Shown: piece after piece, positions 13,293 to 27,567 of the stretch
Layout: each line of letters begins with the position of its first letter
How positions within the stretch are numbered: the stretch's first letter is position 1
Assembly (NCBI GenBank): GCA_030770535.1
Contig: JASVEC010000018.1
Span: 806,001 to 870,000, forward strand
DNA: 64,000 bases
Reading direction: 5' to 3'
Origin: Batkoa obscura
Taxonomy: Eukaryota
Made by a program: the position numbers and the translations under genes
The notes under the pieces: generated by a model
The model's database searches: none
Told to the model about the DNA's origin: nothing
Seen by the model: the letters and a program-made list of their open reading frames with translations, nothing else

Positions 13293-14415
13293 CTAATTAA
13301 TTATATTAGGGAAACAACAAACAAACAAAAAACCATACCAACTATTTCTATTGCCTTTAGTTGGCTTCTTACTAACATCATCATTTTCAGAATAGCTATT
13401 TAAAAGATATGCTTCTTCATTATCCCACTCTTCTGTAAACTGGGATGAAACACTTGATGAATCAGACCCTTTAAGCATAGTATTCATGCTATAACTACAA
13501 CTTTGATTTGAATTTTCGCTATTATCAAATTGGGTATTATCATTAGGCTTATCATCAATTTCATAGTCAATAGATTCAATAATATTTATTTTGCTTAATG
13601 AATCAGTGTCAGAAGCAGGTGGTAAGCTTTGGGTATTATAAGGACGAGTCAAGATGATGCCAGACTCATCAAGATTAGAATCAATGGAGCTTTCAGTTTT
13701 TATACTATTGAAGTCATCAATAGAAGAGTTGTGATCTTCATTTAAATGTCCTAACATATATCTTCTATATTTTTCCATATAAGTATTATTTTCATAAGAG
13801 GTATTATTTTGATTACTTTGACTGTCTTCTTCATCAAAATTTTCTTCCAATGTAGCATAGTATCCTCTATTTCCTGAATTATTGTCATTATTAAACTCGG
13901 AGTCAGACTCATTTGAATTGGAATCTGAATAATTATCTTTTCTTATTTTCGATTCATCCTCTTCTTCTTGGCTTTCTTCAGAGGAAGAACTTGAGCTGCT
14001 GTTGCATTGATTAGTGTATTTATTCAATTTTTCTTTAAGGTCTGACTCTCCGCCCAAAAGAGAACGATGGGATAATTCTGATTCCCATTCAACCTGCTTT
14101 AAGTCTTCAGGCAAGTAATCATCAACTAAAAAAGAAATGAATAAATCGAATTCTAAAATAACATTATCTTACCATTAATTTCAGATAAAAAATCATCTGT
14201 TTTACGCTCCTTTATTTCGATTGGGACTTTCTCTTTAGCTTTTTTTAATAAGCTTTCTTTTGTAATCGTTAATACTAAAATACAATGAGATTTATTCAAA
14301 TCGAACCTAATTTTTTTATATGCTTTTCAGAATCCTGTTGCTCTTTAGAGTAGACATTATCACTTGTGTTGTTGTTATCGTTGTTTAGTTCATTGTTATT
14401 ATTATTATTCATCAT
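13293..14415 (-). CDS. Hypothetical acidic, Ser/Asn-rich low-complexity protein, multi-exon
   Basis: 273 aa terminal exon, with upstream coding-like segments (KESLLKKAKEKVPIEIKERKTDDFLSEIN) bounded by GT/AG. Probable ATG at 14415. C-terminal FLFVCCF. Confidence 0.55.
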
Positions 14416-16412
14416 ATTTACTCATACACTTATAAAAAAAACTAACTAAAATCCAAATTACCCTTCCCCTTTATTTCTCTCCTCCTTCTTTTTAATTGGC
14501 TATATTTTAACATTATTTTAATTGTTCTAGGATCAAAATTAATCTTAATTTCTTAAGTGGCTATTTTAATAATAAACATCAGTAATAAAAATTAATAAGT
14601 TTAGAAAAAATCGGGTAACTATAATAAATATAAATAATTTTGATTTTTAACATGTAGCTAATTTTATGAAACTACTTTGTAAATTTATTGTTTGGGAGTG
14701 TATAACCATAGAGCTAGGATGAAAATAAAAATTTAAAGGAATATATATTTTATATATAATATCTATAGTTATAACGCTCAATTATGTAATAGTAGCTAAC
14801 AACTCTTATTGCTTATTTTTAGATTAGGACTTGGAAAAACTTATGTTACGAAGTAACGCTTAATAAAACAATCTTAAGAGTTTAAATTCAAGACTACTAA
14901 TTTATTAATTTGAATAAATTAAAAATGACTTGCTTATTACAATACCTTTAAAGAATATGTAATGTCGTTAGCTTTAGGGTATACTAAAGACTTATAGTTG
15001 TTCATTAATCATTTATTTTATATTGGTGATAAGCTTTTGTCCTTTTAATAGCTTCCAGTTTAATCATTATTAGCCTATACACCTTAATCAAATGACAAAT
15101 TCAATTGAATGAACTAAAAGACTGTCACCAGCTCAAGTTAGAAATGTTGGCTTAATTAAATAAAAGGTTGATTTACAAATCTGGCAGTAAAAAAATCCAC
15201 AGATTAAACTTTATAATATAATAGAAATAAACAAATGAATAGTAAAAACTATCAAAAAAAGGGAAATATTATAGCGTAAACATCAGTTTATAGAGATATA
15301 GCAATGTCTTGCTTTGTTTTAAAAACTGGCCAAGTCTGGAAGAGTAATAAAATTGTAGTAAGTGTTCTAAAAACTTAGAATATTCAAAGAATATTTAAAA
15401 ACTATTATACATGGTTTTCATGCATCAAAAAGCCTACTCCTTAGCTTCATTCTATATTAAAAATTTTATGTTAATTAGTAACCTTGATACTATTTTTTAA
15501 ACTTTATACGAGGTTACTCACCCTTTCAATTTAGTTGATTGAGTTCCTCATGGATTCAAGATCAATATTATCATTACTTTTGAGTTGTAGTTTGGGCTCT
15601 TCTGAGTTTTATGAACTTTATGTTACGTCTTGTATTTTAGTATCGATTTCTAACTGTAGGTGTAATATGTAGATACATCGCTTTATATTTTTAAGGATGG
15701 CAGTAATTTTTCCACATATATAAATGAACTTAAAAACAAATAATATTAATATATGCAGAATGTTCTTTTTATTAGCAACCTAACATTTAAAAAATTTACA
15801 GTAGTTTACTATAAATAAATACAAATTTACAGTTTAAAATGTTTTAAATAATATCTAAAAACTTAGTAAAAAAAGATGAACTCAAAGCTTACAATCGTTG
15901 CAATCCTCTTTGTGGCCTGATTAACTGCTCATTTAAGACCAAAAATAACATTGAAATCGGATAACTAAAGGATTAGGCTTGAAAATTGATTATGTCAATA
16001 ATTTACTCCTAAAAATTATCGCTAGAAAAATTTCAAAAGAAGTGCAACAAATGCAATTGTTAAATATTATGATACACTATCAAGTTCAACCATGAAAAAA
16101 TTCCCCTTAAAAACCAGGTTTAGCTAATAAAAAACCGAATTTTAACAGCAAACAGTAATAAATACTAGTAAACAGCAGGAGAAAATGAAATAAGGCGTAA
16201 TTAAATAATAATCAAGCTTAAAAAAATAATAAAAAACCCCAAATTTAAGTCTAACTGAAAAGGGAAAGTGGATGATTGATTGGATTAATCGAGGGTAAGT
16301 TAACAACAAAGAAAATAAAATAAGAAGGAGAATAATAAAATTAAATAAAAAAGTTATAGTTATTTTTTTATTTTTTTAAATCACCCTCTTACTAGCTCAT
16401 AGATTATTATAA

Positions 16413-17726
16413 AATGAACACAAATAATAGTAATAATGAAGACAATCAAAGTAATAAGCATATTTGTTCAAGCTCTACTTCAATGATACTAACTATATTT
16501 CTTATTTTCAGTGATTTTACCTTCACCTAGAGTATTAGAATTACAAGGAAGGAGTTCCGGAACACGATTAAGTGGATTTTGGAGTTTAAACGTAGGCTAA
16601 TAAAATCTATTTATGATAAAACAATAACATTATTAGTCAAATAATAGATCATCAGCACATTCAGCCATGTTAGAAGCCGCCTTAGAAGCAATTCATCCAA
16701 CCACGAATGGTATATCGACACTACCCTTATCATTTCATCCAAATGCCAACTTATATAAAGATAACTTTAAATCGATTAAAGAGTTAGTATTACAGCCTGT
16801 TTCACAAGGTGAAAAAATGCAATGTCGTATAGTGCGTCGCAGAGAGCCTGGATTAGGGATTATTTACGAGTTATATAAAGAAGAATCTCATCTCACATCT
16901 ACATTTTTGCTATGGGCTTATCGTAAAAGAAGGAGTAAGGGGGCTTATTATGTCATTGGGGCTAAACCCTATGATATGGATAACTTTATTGTGGCTAAAG
17001 TGAAGTAAAATTATTACTATTAATTAATAATATTGATGGCTAATCTTTCATAACTTAGATCAAACTTTTTGGGCACAGCATTTACGATTTATGATAATGG
17101 AATCAGTCCTAATAAATTTAAAAAAAATAACCGAATTTTACCTAATTTTAAAGATCTAGAAAAACAACCAGAAATGAAATTAAGACAAGAATTAGGAGCC
17201 GTATTTTATGTAATTGAATCTTATGTTCATTTTGATTATTACTTAAACAACTCTATTATTTTAGGAGCCTAACATTTTGGGTTTTAAAGGTCCTAGAAAA
17301 ATGACTGTGCTGTTAATGGGTATGACCCCTGATGGTAAAAGACCAGAGTTTAGACCAAGTAATGTAAGTAGTATAAAAGATAATTAGAAAATTGAAATAC
17401 CAATTAATATTTAATATTAGGATTCAGAAGGTTTGATAGAAAGTTATAAACAAAAAAACAGTGAAAAACTATTAATTTTGAAAAACAAAGCACCACAGTG
17501 GAATGAAGAGACTCAATCTTATGTGCTAAATTTTAATGGTAGGGTCACTTTAGCTTCGGTTAAGAATTTCCAAATTGTTCACGACTTTGATTTGGATTAT
17601 ATTGTGATGCAGTTTGGTCGTATCTCAATGGATACTTTTACTATGGATTTCCAATATCCCTTATGTCCCCTCCAAGCTTTCTCAATTGCTTTATCTTCTT
17701 TTGATGCTAAATTGGCTTGTGAGTAA
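16413..17726 (+). CDS. Tubby-like protein (Tub domain), multi-exon
   Basis: Exons encode [59 protein letters not shown] and the canonical end [10 protein letters not shown]. Confidence 0.9.
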
Positions 17727-19016
17727 TCTTTACATATGTTAGATAAGATCTTTTTTAAATCTCTTCTTTATCAAATTCTCAATGGCATTTTTATCTTCTT
17801 TCACTATTATATAGTCTTTCATATGTACTTTTTGTACTTCCTCTTCTTATATTTATCTTACTTAATAAAATTACATTTAAATAAATAGTGTTAGGATTTT
17901 TTTAATTTTAATATGAATAGACTGGTTTAAAAATTCAACAAAATAGTTTATTAAAACAAAACGACAAGAGATAGCTTTATCAAAATAAAACTCTTTTAAA
18001 ATATACTAAATATAGAAATAATTTACTTCATTACTATTTCTAAAATTATTAAATTTTTTATTTATTGATAAGTATTTAAACCCCTGAAACTATTCTAAAT
18101 ACTAGAAGCCTTGAACAATATAAAAACTTAAAAAAATGCCTTAGGGACCAATAAATCAACAATGATAAAATATGTATTTTCATTAATATAATTGCATATA
18201 ATGTATTAAGGTAGTATAAACTTAAGCAAATTTTGGTATACATTCGGTTAACTATCCCAATATAAAAGTAATAATTTTTATTTCCCTTATTTAATAAGTA
18301 AACATATCATCAATAAATAATTCATGGTGGCTCTAATATGAGATACTTTCATTAATATAAGCTGTTTCTAAAATAAGAGATAGCCATTTAAATTTTGCAG
18401 TATCTAGATAAATTGGGATCTTAATATGAGAAGTAATAAATAGCTATTGTTTATTTTCTGTAATAAGGAGTTAAGTCTTAAATTTTATATGTCATATATT
18501 AACTCAAGTTAATAGTAATGGTTTTAAGCTTTAACTGCAGAATTTGAATTGATAAAACTATGATCATATTTGATTCAAGATTATTAAATTTTCATCTAAC
18601 TAGTGTAGTAATGGCTATAGCATTAAAATAGTTTTAGACTAGTGATTAAGACAATAAAAAAACAAAACAAACCTTTTTGAACTTTTATTTAAACAGTTAA
18701 TGTTTCATGAAAGTAAAAACAACGGTGGTAAATATTATCACATAACCTTATGATACTCAACATATTCCAAAGCTTGAAAGCTAAGCCCCCTTAATTTCAT
18801 AAAATATCTAGATCACGTTCACTAAGTTGAAACATTAGAGATCATTAAAAAGGAGCATAAATTAAAAGAAATCTAAACCAAATTTAACTATCATAACGAT
18901 GAAACTATTTTATTACAAATGAAAAGGATACAAACTATTGTTTTTGCTATAAGTAATTCTTAAAGCTAGAAGATTAGCTTAGTTTTATATAGATATACAT
19001 TACAGCTTATCACCTA

Positions 19017-19328
19017 CTAAAAAATATAGATAACATCATGAATAACGCCATGCTCCTCTATGAACTTAGAATCTATATTTTCTACGTCATTAAAGCAAGA
19101 TTCAAGCCAAATTTCTTCAATTTGAGAAGTTGGAAGTTCCAGATGGTTAACCATTAGAGAATTTTCATATTGATCAATCTTTGTAAAGATTGTTCGCATC
19201 ATTAGTTGTTTATATAAACCAGTATCTAGTTTAGTTTGATTTAGCTTTTCTAAGCTTAAACAACGTATTTTTTCAAGGTCCATCACCTTAACTTGTGGTA
19301 GTAGTACAGTTTCAAATAGAGTAGGCAC
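19017..19328 (-). CDS. Small hypothetical protein, possibly SERTA-like
   Basis: 103-codon ORF preceded by an intron-like GTAAAG...CTAAC...TTAG. First ATG at 19283. Helix LSLEKLN...LYKQLMMRTIFTKI. Confidence 0.45.
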   Translation of the reverse strand: MPTLFETVLLPQVKVMDLEKIRCLSLEKLNQTKLDTGLYKQLMMRTIFTKIDQYENSLMVNHLELPTSQIEEIWLESCFNDVENIDSKFIEEHGVIHDVIYIF

Positions 19329-20342
19329 CTAACGGTATAAAACAATACAGGGATTTATGTTAGTTTTGTTTATATAGATTCATCAATCAAAGTAAAAACA
19401 ACTTTACTTTGCTAAAATAAAAAGTACAAAAGTAATTTAAGAGAAAACGTGCCCTTATTTATAGTTCCATATAGCTTTACTATTGGCTATAATTGTAATT
19501 ATTTAGAATTACATTTCTTTTTTTTATTAGCTACACTGGAACTTAAATTTGCTTAGCTTGCTTTTTATATGTGATTGTTTGCAGATAACCTTTTTATCAA
19601 ATTATATTTTATTCCCTGTTTAATAAGTTTGAAAAATGGTTCTAATTGTTAATTATTTACGTAGTTGTTGGTGACTAGCTTTTAATCCTCCTCATGACAC
19701 CCTTTAATTGGTCTACTTAACTCTAGCTCACTTTTTACCAAGCAGGCAAAGTTTAATAACTTGCCTAATTTAGCAGTATAGTTTTATTACTTTGTATTTT
19801 TAAAAATTCATTCTATATTATTATAACTAGATACTATTTTGTACTTTTAATATTTTAACATATTCATTGTAATTCTGTAAATTATATTTTTTTTAATATT
19901 GTAGTAATTAATCCATTTTATTAATTTATCAAAATTAAAAATTAAATTTAATGATTTGTTAAATTATTTTAATTTACTTATAATAAATTTAGTTTATTTA
20001 GTTTTTTGCTTTATATTTATTATTAAATATAACAAAAGGTAAAATATAGTTAATAAATATACTACACTAATTTTAAAAAATATTTACAAATAGCTTTTAA
20101 TAGAATTTTTTTTATAAAAATAAAAATATTGATTATATAAATATGTTTTATCCTATTTGTTTAAAAAGACTAATAGTAATAATTAAAAAATTAAAAAATA
20201 TTTAGTTTGCTTTATTTTAATTACTATATTTTTTCCCAATTTTAACTAAAAATAAACCAAATGATTTTAACATTATAAAAATATCTTATTAAATTTAAAT
20301 ATATTAACTTATAAATAAAATTTTATAAAAATAAATTAATAT

Positions 20343-20451
20343 AGAGGTGTTCTTTTATTTAACAATTTTATTGATAGTTATTCTATCTAAATAGCACTTG
20401 AAAAATAAAATAAAATAAAATAATAAAATAATAAAATTAAAAAACACCTCT
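20343..20451 (+). mobile_element. MITE copy 3 (divergent subtype, AGAGGTGTT/AACACCTCT termini, internal TAAAA expansion)
   Basis: Core TCTAAATAGCACTTGAAAAA; perfect 9-bp TIR; ATAT on both sides. Confidence 0.75.
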
Positions 20452-20469
20452 ATATATTATATAAAATTT

Positions 20470-20566
20470 GGGGATTTATTTTTTTGTTTAACAATTTTAT
20501 TAATAATTTTTCCATTCAAATAACGCCTAAAAGATGGAAAGAGTGATGAAGTCAAAAAACATCCCC
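20470..20566 (+). mobile_element. MITE copy 4
   Basis: GGGGATTTATTTTT...AAAAAACATCCCC, with ATTT duplicated on both sides (20466-20469, 20567-20570). Confidence 0.9.
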
Positions 20567-20809
20567 ATTTAATAATCAAAACTTGTTTATTTTATATTAA
20601 TTATAAAAAGCTAAAAGTAAAAAAAAGTTTACAATAGCTTATTAAAAAAATCTATTTAATAAAATATAAAATTGTATTAATAATGATAAAATAAATATAA
20701 ATAAAAAAATAAATACTTACTAAAATGTTGTTTGATATAGCTAAAAAAATATAAAAAGTACTTTAAAATAAAAAGCTGAGAATACAGCCAAAAGTCAGGA
20801 TTTAGATAT

Positions 20810-20908
20810 AGAGATGTATTTTTATATTTAAAAATTTTACTAACAATCTTTCCACTCAAATAGAGCTTAAAAGATGGAAAAAAGTAATGAACCCAAAAAA
20901 ACATCCTC
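20810..20908 (+). mobile_element. MITE copy 5
   Basis: AGAGATGTATTTTT...AAAAAAACATCCTC with the family core; ATAT on both sides. Confidence 0.9.
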
Positions 20909-20950
20909 ATATAGTAATGAGAAATAAAATAACTATAGAAAAAATAATAA

Positions 20951-21184
20951 TAAAGTTATGTAAATTACATAAATTTGTATTAATGTTCAAAAAAGATATT
21001 TAAAAAAAATATTAAAAAACCAAATATTAAAAGTTACATGATAATTTTGAATTCTAAATAAAGTATAAAAATAAAGCCAGATTTAACAAATTCAAACTAT
21101 TATAACAAACAAGCTATAATAATATTAGGTTTTAGTATTTATATTTAGAAAATGATAAAATATTAGCCAAGGTTTATTTTAATT
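20951..21184 (+). pseudogene. Decayed fragment of a Sola-like transposase related to 789..2492
   Basis: Aligns by eye with about 1552-1794, e.g. AAACAAGCTATAATAATATTAGGTTTTAGT vs AAACAAGCTATATCAGTATTAGGTTTTGGT. Contains stops and indels. Confidence 0.8.
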
Positions 21185-21459
21185 GAAACCAATTTAAGTT
21201 TTAAGCTTTTGAATTTTAAATTTTAAATTTTTAATACATAACTAGCTAAATTAAAGAACCAAATTAAAAAATTACCTTTTTAAGTGTAAGAAGGCTACTT
21301 TGATTATTTTATTTTACTAAATAATTGATCTTTTCAATCAAATATTTTGTGTTATTTTTATTAAATATTTTATATGATTTCATCAAATATTTGATAAATA
21401 TATAAAACAAATGTATAGGGGGTTATTTTGTTTTGTTTTTTATTAGAATTAAAACAAAT

Positions 21460-21555
21460 GGGAATGTTTTTGACTTCACTATTTTTTCCATTTTTTAAGC
21501 GCTATTTAAGTGGAAAATTTGTTAGTAAAATCCTTAAACACAAAAATACATCCCC
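21460..21555 (-). mobile_element. MITE copy 6
   Basis: GGGAATGTTTTTGAC...AAAAATACATCCCC with core TTTTAAGCGCTATTTAAGTGG. Confidence 0.9.
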
Positions 21556-21614
21556 AATATACTTATTTTTGAATAAGTAATGATAAAAAAATAATAAGCA
21601 AATCAAAACTATAG

Positions 21615-21678
21615 TTTTATTATTTTATTATTTTATTATTTTATTATTTTATTATTTTATTATTTTATTATTTTATTA
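21615..21678. repeat. (TTTTATTA)x8 microsatellite
   Basis: Eight perfect 8-mers read directly. Confidence 0.95.
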
Positions 21679-22162
21679 AAATCCAATAATAAAATAATTT
21701 AAACTTGCATAATTTTTATATTTCAAAGTTTATATACTATGTATAAATTAATGGCAAATATGAAAAAAACTATCTTAATATATTAATATATTAATATATT
21801 TTTAATTTAAAGTTCAAAAATTAAGTTAAAATAATTATTAAGGTAAAAATATGTATATAGTTAGTAATAGATATTTTTTAATAAAATTTTATGAAAATAA
21901 GTATTTATTCATATTTTACAACTTTTATCATTATAATATATATATTAAATTGCTTAATTTTTATGCAATAAGTATTTTTATTTAAATTTGATAAATTAAT
22001 TATATCATGTTCTTTTAATAAAAAAATATTTAACTTTAAGTAAAGCTTCAAAATGCAAATAATTAGAAAACTGTTTTTTTTCAATAGCATTTTATTAGTC
22101 ACTTAGTTTATAATAAAATTTAAAAATTGGAAAAAAAAACAAACTTCCAGACATCTCCAAAG

Positions 22163-22255
22163 GGAGATGTGTTTTTTTAAGAATTTTACTATAATCTTTC
22201 CACTCAAATAGCACTTAAAAAATGAAAAAATAAGGAAACTAAAAAAAACAGTCCC
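22163..22255 (+). mobile_element. MITE copy 7
   Basis: GGAGATGTGTTTTTTT...AAAAAACAGTCCC with core CACTCAAATAGCACTTAAAA. Confidence 0.85.
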
Positions 22256-23819
22256 AAATACTTTGTTTATGAATTTAATTTATAATTTTTTAAATTTCAA
22301 TCTAAAAAATAAACAAAAAGCAACACAAAATGACATTGGAACATAAACTGAAATTGATCATTTTTTAGGAAAGTTAAAGATAATCAACTAGTCACTTATT
22401 TCAGGACAAGAGTAGTACTTATCATTTATTACTGTAACCTTATATTATTAAAATTCAAATAGAAATACTTTTATTGATCCAGCTATAAAAGTACTATTTG
22501 AGTTGTAAGTAAACTATTTTCTTCACTTTTGTTTATAAACAGATATAGTTTTTGCTTAAATAATTTTGTTTTGTTTTAACTATGATTTATTTTTAAAAAA
22601 TATTCTTACATATTGTTGTACTAAACTATAATCAAAATATTGATTAATAAATTAAAAAGTATTTTTAACATATTTGTAAAATATACATCATTTTTTAAAA
22701 AAATAATAGGTTTTTTAGTATTCATCTCTTTTGTAATAGTATACTACAGTTATCACAATCGATAAAGCTATATATTTCCTTTAACTTCGTTCTTAGTTAA
22801 CTTCATAATATCTTTGTACATTATGACTATACCTTAAAGTATATTGGTAAAAATAATCAGCTTAGTTTTAATATTGTTATTACTTTATAAAATCAAAAAT
22901 CAAAGCTTGATTATTTAACAAAATCAGAATCATTCAATAAATTATGTAATTGAACATTATTATAAAACTAATGAATTAACGAATTAACGAATTAGATATG
23001 CTATTTATAAAATTGAAGATACTCCAGGATAGTAAATAAAACTATATAAAGGATAAAGTTAGTCCAAGTATATACTTTGAACATGATATGTTTATCTAAT
23101 GTGTCAACTATTAATAAAGCATTAGGGTATTAATTATCCTTTAGAACCTATTTTTAAAAAGTCACTTTTAACTAGGAATAGAATTCAATCATAAGTGTGA
23201 TTAGATTTTTTATTTATAAATTTTACACTTTTCGTGGAATATACTCCTTTATTTCAGAGAAAATTGGCTCCTTGATACTCAATATATAAAGCAGACTAGA
23301 AAACAAGCTTGAGTATGTATACGAACTTTTTTCACTCAACAACATGTATTTCTTTCCCTTGCATATATAAATTCTTAATTGTCCGAAGGAAAAGTAATGT
23401 AACTAAATTAATTGCCCATATAAACTTATTGTAAAAATTAACTTCAATCATAATAAATGAGGTCATTTTTAAAATCACTAGCCAATCAATTACTAGAATA
23501 TGGTTGTAAAAATAATTCAAGCCAATTGATTGGTTATTACTGAGTGGCTCATTTCAAATATCTCTAAATTTACTATGAATTATTTGGTTCTCCACTAATT
23601 AATGGTTAAATCTAATCACAGTTAGCCTAGCATTGAATTCCAACTCAAATCAACAAGCAACTTATTCAAAATTAAGAGAGTGGCTATATTTTAGTTTATT
23701 CTTTTATCTCAACTTCATTTAACTTAATTTTTTAAATAATATTATATCCTAATTCAATCTATACTTGGACAGCATATTGATCCAATTTAATTTATTCCAA
23801 AAATTAAATTTTTAAAGCT

Positions 23820-26261
<2,442 letters not shown>

Positions 26262-27337
26262 ATTAAGAACTACTTATGTAGTATTAAACTATTGGATTAA
26301 TTTTAAATATAAAAAAGAGGGTATTATACTCACCATAACGAACTCACTTTTTTTTAGAAATTAGAGAAATTTTTCGATAAACTGAAATTTGTTTCATAAT
26401 TGATTTAATAGTCGTACTAAAAAAACGTTAATATATATTTTTTGAATATTTTTTAAGATATTTTTTTGGTTTGATATCAAATACGTTTCTTGTTTTGTTT
26501 TTGAGCTTTTATAAGTGGAATTAAATCTTTTTTATGGGTATTTTTTTGCGTTAGATTGTTTATTATTGTCGTGGGATTGTTTTTTGGTTTGCTAATTTAT
26601 ATTAACTCTTATATCAGTGTATCAATCGAGTAGCCATTAAGTTATATGAACTGGGTTTATTTAAGAAAAGTTCCAATATTTCTAAAGTGTTATAAATTTA
26701 TAATAAAGTTTATAACTTTTGATAATTGACAACTTTTACTATAAAATCATCTTATTTATTTATACTTTAGTATCCATTCTTATGAAGGTATACTTATTGG
26801 CAATTTCTTTATAATAAAAGTAGTTAAAAATACTTGCACAATAACATTTTATAAACATTTATATATTAATAATAATTGATTAATGACTAGAATTAGTTTT
26901 CAAAATAAATAAAATTTAAACTTAAATTTATTTTCAGATTACAACAATTAATTATGTCATCAAGGGATTGCCCAAATCAAATTAAAAGTGGGATAAAAAG
27001 AAGAAAAAGGAAGGTGGCATTTAAAAGTAAATTATAAAAGGAAAGTATAAAGAAATAAGATAGATAATGGATCTAAAATTAAAACAAATCTTATTTATAC
27101 TTTGTAATAAATAAATAAATCATAAGATCATTTATTCTTATTTTTTATAAAACTTTAGAATCAAAGAGCTAAACTTAAAATTCGACTAGTAAAATTTCAC
27201 GCTTATTAACCTATTAGTTGGTAGTATAAATAAATAAACAGTCATTTGGTGCTATTTTTAAACTTTTTCTAATTGTTTGTTTTAGTGCAATTGAGCGGAA
27301 ATTAAGTTTTAGAATTCATAAACAGGAAAGAGGCATT

Positions 27338-27434
27338 GGGGATGAATTTTTTTGTTTAAGAATTTACTAACAATCTTTCTGCTCAAATAGTGCTTAAAGG
27401 ATGGAAAAAGTAATGAAGCCAAAAAAACATCTCC
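27338..27434 (+). mobile_element. MITE copy 8
   Basis: GGGGATGAATTTTTT...AAAAAAACATCTCC with core GCTCAAATAGTGCTTAAA. Confidence 0.9.
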
Positions 27435-27567
27435 ATATATTGATTTGTTAACAATTGATGATATCTCCATTTTTATTGGTGAAAGAGCTCTAAAATCTGG
27501 CGTATCATTTGTTTGAGAATGTTATTGAAACTTCATTTTTGGCGCTATTTTACAACAAAAAACATCC

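Noticed and set aside
20951..21184. Repeat-induced point mutation (RIP) in the transposase relic
   Set aside because: A->G and T->C changes also occur, the relic may derive from a diverged relative, and no dinucleotide context could be established by eye.
20677..22102. ORFs 20677-20910 and 21905-22102
   Set aside because: F/I/K/L-rich translations of MITE and AT-rich relic DNA. A faint similarity of the second to the transposase is not convincing.
20343..22255. CRISPR-like array from clustered ~100 bp repeats
   Set aside because: Eukaryotic context, irregular spacing, mixed orientation and TIR/TSD structure indicate MITEs.
23480..23535. Clustered CCAAT/ATTGG boxes upstream of STE20 and other genes
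   Set aside because: Plausible ordinary promoter elements, but too short to support individually.
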